64,000 bases of DNA, from positions 3,676 through 67,675 of the forward strand of contig JAKAUN010000002.1 in assembly GCA_021817605.1 (NCBI GenBank), in the 5' to 3' direction. Both the position numbers and the translations under genes were made by a program. The stretch is from Thermoplasmata archaeon (GTDB lineage: Archaea; Thermoplasmatota; Thermoplasmata; Lutacidiplasmatales; UBA184). Below, piece after piece: positions 55,846-64,000 of this stretch; within the stretch, counting starts at the first letter, position 1, and each line of letters begins with the position of its first letter. Below the pieces are notes generated by a model, which had not been told where the DNA came from, did not search any database, and saw only the letters and a program-made list of their open reading frames with translations.

Positions 55846-57977
55846 GGGCCTCCGAGGGGAAGGTGGCGGACGACGAGCCGGGCGACCGTGGCGAACGCGG
55901 GCTCGCGGACGAGCCAGGCGAGGAAGTGGTAGCAGAGCCAGATCCCCACGAACGCGCTCACGAGGCCTCCCAGGCCGTAGCTCACCAGGTTGCGCCGCAA
56001 CAGGTCGATCGCGCTCCGAGGCCGGAACGGCACGCCGGCGAGCGCGAGGGGGATGAGCAGGGGGATGATGAGCGCGTTGAAGACGAGGGCCGCGAGCACC
56101 GCGAGGTACGGGTTGGAGAAGCCGAGCAGGTTGAGCAGCGCGATCCCCGGTAGCGCGACGGCCCCTCCGCCCAGGAAGATCGCCGGGATGATGGCGAAGT
56201 ACTTCGCCACGTCGTTCGTGATCGAGAACGTGGTCAGCGCCCCGCGCGTGATGAGCAGCTGCTTGCCGATCGAGACGACCTCGATGATCTTGGTGGGGTC
56301 GTTGTCGAGGTCGACCATGTTGCCGGCCTCCTTCGCCGCGCTGGTCCCCGAGTTCATGCACAGGCCCACGTCCGCCCGTGCGAGCGCGGGGGCGTCGTTG
56401 GTCCCGTCGCCGGTCATCGCCACGAGCCTCCCGGCGCTCTTCTCCCGCTGGATGAGCTCGAGCTTGCTCTCGGGCTTCGCCTCGGCGACGAACTCGTCGA
56501 CGCCGCTCTCCTCGGCGATCGCCGCCGCGGTGAGACGGTTGTCGCCGGTGCACATGATCGTCCGGATCCCCATCGTGCTGAGCTCGTGGATCCGGTCGCG
56601 GATGCCCGGCTTCACCACGTCCTTGAGGATGACGAGGCCGACCACGCGCTTGTTGACGGCGATCGCCAGAGGGGTCATCCCCTTGCGCGCGGCCTCCGCG
56701 GCGGCAGAACGGGTCGGGGCCGGGAGAGGCGCCCCGTAGGCCTCGATCGAGCTGAGCGCCCCCTTGAAGACCTCCGTGCCGTCGGCGAGCGTGAGCCCGC
56801 TCATGCGCCGCTCGGCGGTGAACGGCATCACCTTGTAGGAGCCCGGCTCCAGGCGACGCGAAGGAGCGCTGCGCCGGGCCGCGAGGCGCACGATCGAGCG
56901 GCCCTCGGGGGTCTCGTCCAGGGTCGAGGAGAGCAGCGCGGCCTCGAGCAGCTCGGACGCCGGCACGTCGGGGGCCTGCACGAACTGCACGGCGAGACGG
57001 CTCCCCACCGTGATCGTCCCGGTCTTGTCGAGGATGAGCACGTCCAGATCGCCGGAGGCCTCAACCGCCTTACCGGATTTGGCGATGACGTTCGCCCGCG
57101 CCACACGGTTGACCCCCGAGATGCCGATCGCCGGGAGGAGCGCTCCGATGGTCGTCGGCATGAGGCAGACGAACAGGGCGATGATCGTCGCGAGGTCGAC
57201 CGTGACCTCGCCGGAGAAGTTGGCGAGGTAGACGAAGCTCAGGACGACCACGAAGAGCGTGACCGTGAACGCCGCGAGGAGGACCGAGAGCGCGATCTCG
57301 CTGGGCGTCGGCTCGCGTCCGAGCCCTTCGACCAGGCGGATGAGCCTATCGAGGAACGATTCGCCGCGCGCGGCGCTCACCCGCACGCGGACGGTCCCCT
57401 GCAACACCCGGGTCCCGCCGAGGACGCTCGTCTTGTCGCCTCCGCTCTCGCGGGTGACCGCCTCGGACTCGCCGGTCATCATCGACTCGTCGATGAGCGC
57501 CACGCCCTCGATGACGTCACCGTCCATCGGGATCGGTTCGCCGGGGGCGACCTCGACCGTGTCCCCGACATGCAGCACGTCCGAGGGGACCCAGCGGAGC
57601 GCGCCGTCCGGCAGGACCTGGCGGGCGCGGATCCCGCTGCGGATCGCCCGCAGGCTCTCGGCCTGCGCGCGACCCTGCGCCTCGGCGATCGCTTCGGCGA
57701 GGTTGGCGAACCAGACCGTCAGGAACAGGATGATCGCGACGGCGACGTAGTAGCCGGCCTGGTAGCTTGCCGCGATGTCCGGGAACGCCCGCGGGTAGAG
57801 GGTGACCAGGCTCACGAAGAGGAAGAGGACGAAGACGCAGAACATGAGCGGGTGGCGCATCTGGCGGCGCAGCCCGAAGTGCTTGACCGAGTCGACCAGG
57901 ACCCGACGGACCGAGGTATGCGGCCTACGCCGCACCGAGACGCGGGCGCCGGGTTCGACGGGATCGGGGGCGGCCAC
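55842..57977 (-). CDS. kdpB: K+-transporting P-type ATPase subunit B
   Basis: DKTGTIT phosphorylation motif, GDGTNDAPALA and TGES motifs. Confidence 0.95.
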   Translation of the reverse strand: MAAPDPVEPGARVSVRRRPHTSVRRVLVDSVKHFGLRRQMRHPLMFCVFVLFLFVSLVTLYPRAFPDIAASYQAGYYVAVAIILFLTVWFANLAEAIAEAQGRAQAESLRAIRSGIRARQVLPDGALRWVPSDVLHVGDTVEVAPGEPIPMDGDVIEGVALIDESMMTGESEAVTRESGGDKTSVLGGTRVLQGTVRVRVSAARGESFLDRLIRLVEGLGREPTPSEIALSVLLAAFTVTLFVVVLSFVYLANFSGEVTVDLATIIALFVCLMPTTIGALLPAIGISGVNRVARANVIAKSGKAVEASGDLDVLILDKTGTITVGSRLAVQFVQAPDVPASELLEAALLSSTLDETPEGRSIVRLAARRSAPSRRLEPGSYKVMPFTAERRMSGLTLADGTEVFKGALSSIEAYGAPLPAPTRSAAAEAARKGMTPLAIAVNKRVVGLVILKDVVKPGIRDRIHELSTMGIRTIMCTGDNRLTAAAIAEESGVDEFVAEAKPESKLELIQREKSAGRLVAMTGDGTNDAPALARADVGLCMNSGTSAAKEAGNMVDLDNDPTKIIEVVSIGKQLLITRGALTTFSITNDVAKYFAIIPAIFLGGGAVALPGIALLNLLGFSNPYLAVLAALVFNALIIPLLIPLALAGVPFRPRSAIDLLRRNLVSYGLGGLVSAFVGIWLCYHFLAWLVREPAFATVARLVVRHLPLGGP

Positions 57978-57980
57978 GGA

Positions 57981-59693
57981 CTAGCCGACCCCCACGATCT
58001 GGGCGAGAGGCCCCAGCGCCATCACCGGCAGGAATACCAGCGCCGTGACGACCACGACGAAGAGCGCCAGGTAGACCGCGAAGGTGCCCGTGGCGGTGTT
58101 GAGCGTCCCGGGGCCCTGCGGCAGCGTCGCCTCTCCGGCGAAGTAGCCGCCCACGCGAAGCATCACGTAGATCGGGACGAACCGACCGAGGAGCATCACG
58201 AGGCCGCCGACCACGTTGAAGTAGGGGGTCGTGTCGTTGAAGGCGTTGGACGAGAGCGCCGAGCCGTTGTTCGCCGACTCGCTCGCGAACTCGTAGAGGA
58301 CCGAGCTGAAGGTGTGCGCCGTCACTCCTATCGATGCCCCGCCCACGGAGACCCAGCCGCCCACGACGGCGATGGAGAACGGGACCAGGATGAGCGCCGG
58401 GTGCAGGATGAGGGCGAGGGCCGCCCAGCGCACCTGGCTCGTCCCGATCTTCTTGCCCAGGTACTCGGGGGTCCTCCCGACCATGAGGCCGCCGACGTAG
58501 ATCGCCAGCACCGTGAACACGAGCAGCATGGCAAACCCGGTCCCGTCGCCCCCGGGGGTCGCCTGGGTGAACATGCCGAAGAGCAGGACGAGCTGGGCGA
58601 TCGGGGAGATCGCCCCGATCTGCATCGAGTTCGCGCCGACGTTGTTGTAGACGCTCACCACCTGGAAGAACGCCGTCTCCGGAAGGCTCCAGCGTGTCTC
58701 CTGGCCGACCGGATAGCCGTTGGTCGACGGACCGAGGCCGGGGATGCCCCCGAGGAGGGGGTTGGCGGCGGCCTGGTAGGCGACGAAGAGGCCCACCGCG
58801 ATCGCGACGATCAGCACGATGACGGCCACGAAGGGCCACGCTTCGGCGCGTCGGCGCACCATCGTCCCGAAGGCGAACGGCGTGGAGAACGGCACGAGGA
58901 GCATCAGGAACGTCCCGAGCAGCAGGCTCGCCGAGGACGGGTTGGCAAGCGGGCTCGCTGCGTTCGCGGTGTAGTAGCCCCCTCCGTTCGTCCCGAGGAG
59001 GCTGATCGCCTGGAACGAGGCGACCGGGCCGAGGTAGATCGTCTGGGTCCCTCCGGTGAGCGGGTGGGCCCTCACCGCTGCGACAAGCGTCTCGGGCACC
59101 CCAAGAGCGACAAAGACGAGCGCCCCGAGCACCGCGACCGGAAGGAGGATGCGCGTGATCGAGCGGGTGAGGTCGACGTAGAAGTTGCCGAGACGCCCGT
59201 CCTTGCGGACGAAACCCCGGATCATCGCGGCGGCGACGGAGAGGCCGGTCGCCGCCGAGAGGAAGAGCGCGAGCTGCCAGGCGATCATCGCGGAGCCAAG
59301 GCTCAGCTGCGACTCGTTGACGAAGTGGGTGAAGTCGGTGTTGGTCGTGAAGCTCGCCGCGGAGTGGAAGGCGAGGTCCCACGGCATCCCGGGCGCGCCG
59401 GTCGGGTCGAGCGGGAGCGCGTGCTGGAGGAGGAAGAACAGGAAGAGGAAGGCGAACGTCCCCCCGTTGACGAACAGGACGGCGACCATGTACTCGCCGG
59501 CGCGCATCGGCCGACGCGGCGAGGTGCCGAGGAGCCGGTAGACCGCCCGCTCGAGCGGGAGGAGGAGGCTGTCGCCCGCCACGGGCCGCTCGAGGTAGAC
59601 CTTCCCGACGTAGCGGCCGAACCAGGGAGCGACGGCGAGCACGACCCCCAGAAGGACGAGGACGTCCCAGAGCGACTGGAGGGCGAAGGCCAT
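57981..59693 (-). CDS. kdpA: K+-transporting ATPase subunit A
   Basis: 570 aa, multi-TM. MAFALQSLWDVLVLLGVVLAVAPWFGRYVGKVY is a KdpA-type N-terminus. Confidence 0.95.
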   Translation of the reverse strand: MAFALQSLWDVLVLLGVVLAVAPWFGRYVGKVYLERPVAGDSLLLPLERAVYRLLGTSPRRPMRAGEYMVAVLFVNGGTFAFLFLFFLLQHALPLDPTGAPGMPWDLAFHSAASFTTNTDFTHFVNESQLSLGSAMIAWQLALFLSAATGLSVAAAMIRGFVRKDGRLGNFYVDLTRSITRILLPVAVLGALVFVALGVPETLVAAVRAHPLTGGTQTIYLGPVASFQAISLLGTNGGGYYTANAASPLANPSSASLLLGTFLMLLVPFSTPFAFGTMVRRRAEAWPFVAVIVLIVAIAVGLFVAYQAAANPLLGGIPGLGPSTNGYPVGQETRWSLPETAFFQVVSVYNNVGANSMQIGAISPIAQLVLLFGMFTQATPGGDGTGFAMLLVFTVLAIYVGGLMVGRTPEYLGKKIGTSQVRWAALALILHPALILVPFSIAVVGGWVSVGGASIGVTAHTFSSVLYEFASESANNGSALSSNAFNDTTPYFNVVGGLVMLLGRFVPIYVMLRVGGYFAGEATLPQGPGTLNTATGTFAVYLALFVVVVTALVFLPVMALGPLAQIVGVG

Positions 59694-59702
59694 GGGCTCC
59701 GC

Positions 59703-59816
59703 TCAGAACCGCTCGGGGTGGATCATCACTCGGACGAGATAGGTGACCAACCCCGCCGCAAGAACGCTCAGGACCAAGAGTCCAAGGTTCGTCTCTACCC
59801 ACGCCAACGGACCCAT
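59703..59816 (-). CDS. kdpF: K+-transporting ATPase subunit F, small hydrophobic peptide
   Basis: A 37-codon ORF not in the track: MGPLAWVETNLGLLVLSVLAAGLVTYLVRVMIHPERF, directly upstream of kdpA. Cf. E. coli KdpF MSAGVITGVLLVFLLLGYLVYALINAEAF. Confidence 0.6.
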   Translation of the reverse strand: MGPLAWVETNLGLLVLSVLAAGLVTYLVRVMIHPERF

Positions 59817-59850
59817 CGCGTGCCCGGGCAGGGTCGAGCCGGCCTTCCGT

Positions 59851-59857
59851 ATTTAGC
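59851..59857 (-). promoter_or_regulatory. Candidate TATA-like element (TATTTAG / CTAAATA) ~35 nt upstream of kdpF
   Basis: Only AT-rich heptamer in the 80-nt GC-rich intergenic region. Confidence 0.3.
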
Positions 59858-59898
59858 GTGCCGGACCGAAGGGCAACGGCTCCCCCCGGCGGGCCGCC

Positions 59899-61590
59899 CT
59901 ACGCCGCGTCGGGGGACGGGGGATCCTCCCGCCGCTGTCGCGCCTCGGCGGAGAGGCGGCGGACGATCCGTTTCATCGCCTTCTCCCGTCGCGCCTCGGC
60001 GACCTGGTAGGAGACGTCCCGGGTCTCTCGCGTGAGAAGGACCGTCACCTTCCCCTCCGAGCTCCTCCCGGTCCTCCCGCGGCGCTGGATCGCGCGGATC
60101 TCGCTCGGGACCGACTCGAAGAAGACCACGCGGTCGACATCCGGCACGTCCAGTCCCTCCTCCGCCACGCTGCTCGCCACGAGGATGGGGAACGCCCCCT
60201 GGCGGAAGCCGGCCAGCACGCGGCCCTGCTCCTTCTGGTCCATCCCCGGGTCGTCCTGGTCGCGGGTCGACTGGCCGACGAACCGCCCGACCGTCCAGCC
60301 TTCGCCTTCGAGCCTCTGCTGGATCGTGCGGATCGTGTCACGGTACTGCGCGAAGACGAGCAGCCGGCCTCTCCCCTCTCCCGGCGTTCCGAGCGTCTCC
60401 CGGGCCAGCTCGGCGAGGGCGTCGAGCTTCGGATGGGACGGCTCTCGGCCGGAGGAAAGGAACTCCGTGGCGATCCGCTTCGCCTCGAGGACCCCGGGAA
60501 GCTTGAGGAAGGCGAGGTCGCCGCGGCTCGGCTTCTCCTTCGCTCCGACGCGCTTGAGGTACTGCACGAGCGGCTCTATCCCCTGGGTCTCGAGCCGCTC
60601 GAGCGCGTGGTGGAGGTGAAGGAGAACGAGCTGGTGGAACAGGGGGCCGAAGCGCCGCACCATCGGGCCGGGACGGGCGAAGATCTCGGCCCGGAGGGCG
60701 ATGAGGTCCTTCACCGAGATCGAGGCGATCGGCTTCTTGCGCAGATAGCCCATCTTCTGCAGCTTGCGCGCGGTGGCCCCCGCGGCCTCCCTAAGGCCGT
60801 CGCGGATCGCCTCGGCGGTCGGGGAGAGCTCGACCCAGCGGTACTCGACCTCCACCGGCTGGACGTGCTCGCGCACCCCCTCGTCCTCGCGGGCGCGCGC
60901 CTCGATCCGTCGGACGCCGAGCGCGCCGACCACCGCCTCGATCCGCTCGTCCTTTCCCCCGGGCGACGCGGTGAGCCCGAGCACGCGGCCGTCCGCGGGC
61001 CGGTCGGTGAGATACTGCCGCGCGATGGGGACGTAGGCGTACTTCCCCACCGCGTGGTGGGCCTCGTCGAAGACCAGCAGCTCGACCTCCCCGAGCGTGT
61101 AACGTCCCGCGGCCAGGTCGTTCGCCACGATCTCGGGCGTCGCGAAGACGAGGTCGGCCGGCTCCCACGCCCCTTCGCGGATCGGCCGCTTGACCGTCCC
61201 CGTGAAACGGGCCGTGGTGAGAGGCGCGAGCAGGCGGGCGAACGACTCGGCGTGCTGCTGCACCAGCGGGCGCGTCGGCGCGAGGACGAGGACCTTTCCC
61301 GGCGAGCGGCGAAGGACCTCGGCCGCCACGAGCGCGGCGATGACGGTCTTGCCGAGCCCGGTGGGAAGGACGACCAGAAGGTCCTCCGAGAGGCCGACGC
61401 GGGCGAGGTCGAGCTGGAACGGAAGGGCGCGCGCGGCCCCGTCGGCGAGGAGGGGGTGGCGGACGAACCCGTCCTTCACCTCCCAGATCGTGGGAAGCGC
61501 CGGCAGGTCCCGGCGGAGCGTGCGCCGGGCACGTGCGAGGGGCGCCGGGGTTTCGCCCTCGAAGTCGTTGAGGGTACGCTGGAGGCCCAC
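59899..61590 (-). CDS. Hef/FANCM-family SF2 helicase, helicase core only; no ERCC4 nuclease domain in this ORF
   Basis: GTG start. LVVLPTGLGKTVIA (motif I), LLVFDEAHHAVG (motif II), GLTASPG (motif III), an inserted domain, VASSVAEEGLDVPDVDRVVFFE and QRRGRTGR (motif VI). Confidence 0.8.
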   Translation of the reverse strand: MGLQRTLNDFEGETPAPLARARRTLRRDLPALPTIWEVKDGFVRHPLLADGAARALPFQLDLARVGLSEDLLVVLPTGLGKTVIAALVAAEVLRRSPGKVLVLAPTRPLVQQHAESFARLLAPLTTARFTGTVKRPIREGAWEPADLVFATPEIVANDLAAGRYTLGEVELLVFDEAHHAVGKYAYVPIARQYLTDRPADGRVLGLTASPGGKDERIEAVVGALGVRRIEARAREDEGVREHVQPVEVEYRWVELSPTAEAIRDGLREAAGATARKLQKMGYLRKKPIASISVKDLIALRAEIFARPGPMVRRFGPLFHQLVLLHLHHALERLETQGIEPLVQYLKRVGAKEKPSRGDLAFLKLPGVLEAKRIATEFLSSGREPSHPKLDALAELARETLGTPGEGRGRLLVFAQYRDTIRTIQQRLEGEGWTVGRFVGQSTRDQDDPGMDQKEQGRVLAGFRQGAFPILVASSVAEEGLDVPDVDRVVFFESVPSEIRAIQRRGRTGRSSEGKVTVLLTRETRDVSYQVAEARREKAMKRIVRRLSAEARQRREDPPSPDAA

Positions 61591-61609
61591 GGCCGCCCCG
61601 GGCTCGGGC

Positions 61610-62944
61610 CTAGCCCGCCCCGCCGGCGGGCGTCACGCCCGGGGCCGGTCGGGAGGCAGGCGTCGCGGCCGTGATCGTGCCGAGGCCTCCGAGGTACGGC
61701 CGCAGCACCTCGGGAACCGTCACCGAGCCGTCGGGCTGCTGGTACTGCTCGAGGAGCACGGCGAGGGCTCTCGAGGTGGCGACGGCCGTCGAGTTGAGCG
61801 TGTGCGGGACGAGCTTACCGGGCTTACCGGCCTTTCCGCAGCGGATCCCCAGCCTCCGGGCCTGGTAATCGGTGCAGTTCGAGCAGCTCACCACCTCCCG
61901 GTAGGCCTGCTGACGGGGGAACCAGGCCTCGATGTCGTACTTCTTCGCGGGGACGCTGCCGAGATCGCCGGTGCAGACGTTGACGACGCGGTAGGGGACC
62001 TTCAGGCGACGGAAGACCTCCTCGGCGTTGGCACGCAGCTCCTCGTGGAGGCGGGGAGAGTCGCCGGGGAGGCAGAAGACGAACTGCTCGACCTTCTCGA
62101 ACTGGTGGACCCGGAAGATCCCCTTCTGGTCGACCCCGTGGCCGCCGATCTCTTTTCGGAAGTTGGTGCTCACCCCCGCGAGGCGGAGGGGGAGCTCGGA
62201 CTCCTCCAGGATCTCGCCCATGTGCAGGGCGGCGAGCGGGTGCTCGCTGGTGGCGATGAGGTAGAGGTCCTCCTGGTCGATCTTGTACATCACGTTCTCG
62301 AAGTCCGCAAGGTCCGTCACGCCCTCGTACGGTTCGCGTCGGAGCATGTAGGGAGGCAGCACCGGCGTGAACCCGCGGTCCGCCAGGAGGTCGAGGGCGA
62401 AGTGCTGGAGCGCGAGGTCGAGCAGCACGATCGGTCCCTTGAGGTAGTAGAACCCTGCGCCGCTCGCGCGGCGGGCGCGCTCGAAGTCAGCGAGGCCGAG
62501 GGTCTCGAGCAGCTCTCCGTGGGCGCGCAGCCCCTCGGCGGCGCGCATCGGCTCGCCCCAGCTCGCGACGACGACGTTCTCCCGGTCGTCGACGCCGTAG
62601 GGGACCGAGTCGTCCAGGAGGTTGGGGACCCGGCGGAGCAGCGTGTCGCGGGTGCGCCGAAGCTCCTCCTCCCCGGTCTCGATCTCCTTGAGACGGGCCG
62701 CGAGCTGCCGGGCCTCCGTCTCGAGCTCGGAGCTCGCCTCCCCCTTCGCCCGCGCCGCGGAGACCTTGCGGCCGAGCTCGTTGCGCTGCTGGCGGACCAT
62801 GTCGGCCTCACGACGGGCCTTGCGCCAGGCCTCGTCGCGCTCGCGGACCGAGGCCAGGAGAGTGAGGAGCTCGGGCCGCCGTCGCCGAGCGAGGTTCGCC
62901 TCGACCTGCTCCGGCCGGTCCCTCAGGAGCTCGATGTCGATCAT
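61610..62944 (-). CDS. serS: Seryl-tRNA synthetase
   Basis: Met25 of track ORF 61610..63016: MIDIELLRDRPEQVEANLARRRR... N-terminal coiled coil plus class II motifs (FRKEIGGHGVDQKGIFRVHQFEKVEQF; TGDLGSVPAKKYDIEAWFP). Confidence 0.95.
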   Translation of the reverse strand: MIDIELLRDRPEQVEANLARRRRPELLTLLASVRERDEAWRKARREADMVRQQRNELGRKVSAARAKGEASSELETEARQLAARLKEIETGEEELRRTRDTLLRRVPNLLDDSVPYGVDDRENVVVASWGEPMRAAEGLRAHGELLETLGLADFERARRASGAGFYYLKGPIVLLDLALQHFALDLLADRGFTPVLPPYMLRREPYEGVTDLADFENVMYKIDQEDLYLIATSEHPLAALHMGEILEESELPLRLAGVSTNFRKEIGGHGVDQKGIFRVHQFEKVEQFVFCLPGDSPRLHEELRANAEEVFRRLKVPYRVVNVCTGDLGSVPAKKYDIEAWFPRQQAYREVVSCSNCTDYQARRLGIRCGKAGKPGKLVPHTLNSTAVATSRALAVLLEQYQQPDGSVTVPEVLRPYLGGLGTITAATPASRPAPGVTPAGGAG

Positions 62945-63067
62945 CGTCCCCGGGGAGGAGCCCCCCTCGAAAGTCTTTGTCCCTGCGTCCCGAGGCCGCC
63001 GGGGAGGGCCCGGCAACCCCTATGTAGGTTCGTCGGGGGTCGCCCGACCGGAGCTTCGGAGCGGTCC

Positions 63068-64000
63068 ATGGAGACGGAATACGGCCTGTTTGTAGGCGGC
63101 AAGTGGACCACACCCGCGCATGCGGGTCGGTTCCAGACGACCAACCCGGCGACCCGCGAGACGGTCGCCTCCTTCGTGTCGGCGACGGCCGACGAGGTCG
63201 CGCGCGCTACCTCGGAGGCGGCGAAGGCGTTCTCCGCTTGGCGCGATACCCCGGCCCCGAAACGGGGCGAGATCCTGCTCAACGCTGCGTCGATCATGAA
63301 GCGGCGCAAGGCCGAGCTCGGACGCATCGTCACCCGGGAGATGGGCAAGGTCATCGCCGAGGGTCTCGGGGACGTCCAGGAGTCGATCGACTTCATCGAG
63401 TACATGGCCGGGGAGGGCCGTCGGCTCTTCGGGGAGACCGTACCCTCCGAGCTACGCTCGAAGTTCTGCCTGACCGTACGCCAGCCGAAGGGGGTCGTCG
63501 CGTGCATCACCCCGTGGAACTTCCCGACGGCGATCCCCAACTGGAAGATCGCCGCCGCCCTCATCACGGGCAACACGATCGTCTTCAAGCCGGCGTCCAA
63601 CACGGCGCAGTGCGCCGCCGAGGTCGTCAAGGTCTACGAGGAGGCCGGCGTCCCGCCCGGCGTGCTCAACCTCGTCACCGGCTCGGGCGCGGTCGTCGGG
63701 CACGCCCTGGTGAGCGACCCGAGGGTCCGGACCGTCTCCTTCACCGGCGGGGTGGAGGCGGGACGCGACGTCTACGTCCGCGGGGCCGCGGGGCTCAAGA
63801 TGGTCCATCTCGAGCTCGGAGGGAAGAACCCGGTGATCCTCATGGAGGATGCCGACCTCAAGCTCGCGCTCGACGGGGTCCTCTTCGGGGCGTTCGGCAC
63901 CGCGGGTCAGCGCTGCACGGCGACCAGCCGGCTCATCGTCCACGAGAAGGTCTACGACGCGTTCCTCGGGATGCTCACCGAGCGCCTCGGCTCGTTCACG
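63068..64000 (+). CDS. NAD(P)-dependent aldehyde dehydrogenase family protein, 5' part; continues past window end
   Basis: METEYGLFVGGKWTTPAHAGRFQTTNPATRETVASFVSATADEVARA...ITPWNFP...FTGGVEAGRDV...ELGGKNPVILMEDADL...GQRCTATSRLIV, with catalytic Cys and Glu motifs. No stop in the window, so it is absent from the track. Confidence 0.85.
   Translation, partial: METEYGLFVGGKWTTPAHAGRFQTTNPATRETVASFVSATADEVARATSEAAKAFSAWRDTPAPKRGEILLNAASIMKRRKAELGRIVTREMGKVIAEGLGDVQESIDFIEYMAGEGRRLFGETVPSELRSKFCLTVRQPKGVVACITPWNFPTAIPNWKIAAALITGNTIVFKPASNTAQCAAEVVKVYEEAGVPPGVLNLVTGSGAVVGHALVSDPRVRTVSFTGGVEAGRDVYVRGAAGLKMVHLELGGKNPVILMEDADLKLALDGVLFGAFGTAGQRCTATSRLIVHEKVYDAFLGMLTERLGSFT

Noticed and set aside
1-64000. 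CRISPR arrays, IS elements, integrases or prophage blocks
   Set aside because: No direct-repeat/spacer periodicity, no transposase or integrase-like ORFs, and no tRNA-flanked foreign-composition island were seen. The only tRNA (Phe) is flanked by core genes.

Overview
This 64-kb window is a roughly 70% GC archaeal chromosomal segment, inferred to be Thermoplasmata-like. The supporting evidence is a proteasome alpha N-terminus [27 protein letters not shown] that closely resembles the Thermoplasma type, a membrane-inserted LonB, MBF1, EF-1alpha followed by uS10, aPelota, TrmY, diphthine synthase, and a tRNA-Phe without encoded CCA that has a TATA box at -28. Packing is dense: about 61 CDS and 1 tRNA, with many 4-nt ATGA/GTGA start/stop overlaps. 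Main blocks: (i) LonB, FolD, a radical SAM, PsmA and a DinB-like protein; (ii) bacterial-type repair genes creatininase-uvrA-uvrC plus topA; (iii) a thiolase+DUF35 pair, argF, and mbf1 with a thioesterase; (iv) a 1297-aa secreted, tandemly duplicated beta-helix-like surface glycoprotein that is an S-layer candidate; (v) tuf-rps10 fused to archaetidylserine decarboxylase, archaetidylserine synthase and an MptD-like gene; (vi) citrate synthase, an MFS, RAM, a small membrane protein and a DUF62 SAM hydroxide adenosyltransferase; (vii) dnaJ-MTase-rps13-rps4-rps11-rpoD; (viii) pelota, an MFS and a GNAT; (ix) an AT-rich TATA plus palindromic operator driving a tandem-RHH protein and a short divergent FtsZ-family GTPase, my top candidate for an undescribed system; (x) trmY, a CPA antiporter, a SWIM protein and a Tes-like radical SAM; (xi) a second thiolase with an extended DUF35, then ubiX, two membrane proteins and guaA subunit A; (xii) a 521-aa Cys-rich unknown, a receiver domain, dphB and usp; (xiii) kdpFABC, a Hef-like helicase, serS and a partial aldehyde dehydrogenase. 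I saw no CRISPR array, IS element or prophage signature. Many long R/P/G-rich ORFs in the supplied track are antisense or read-through artefacts of the high GC content. Sub-gene coordinates such as internal starts were derived by codon counting from track coordinates and are approximate to a few nt.
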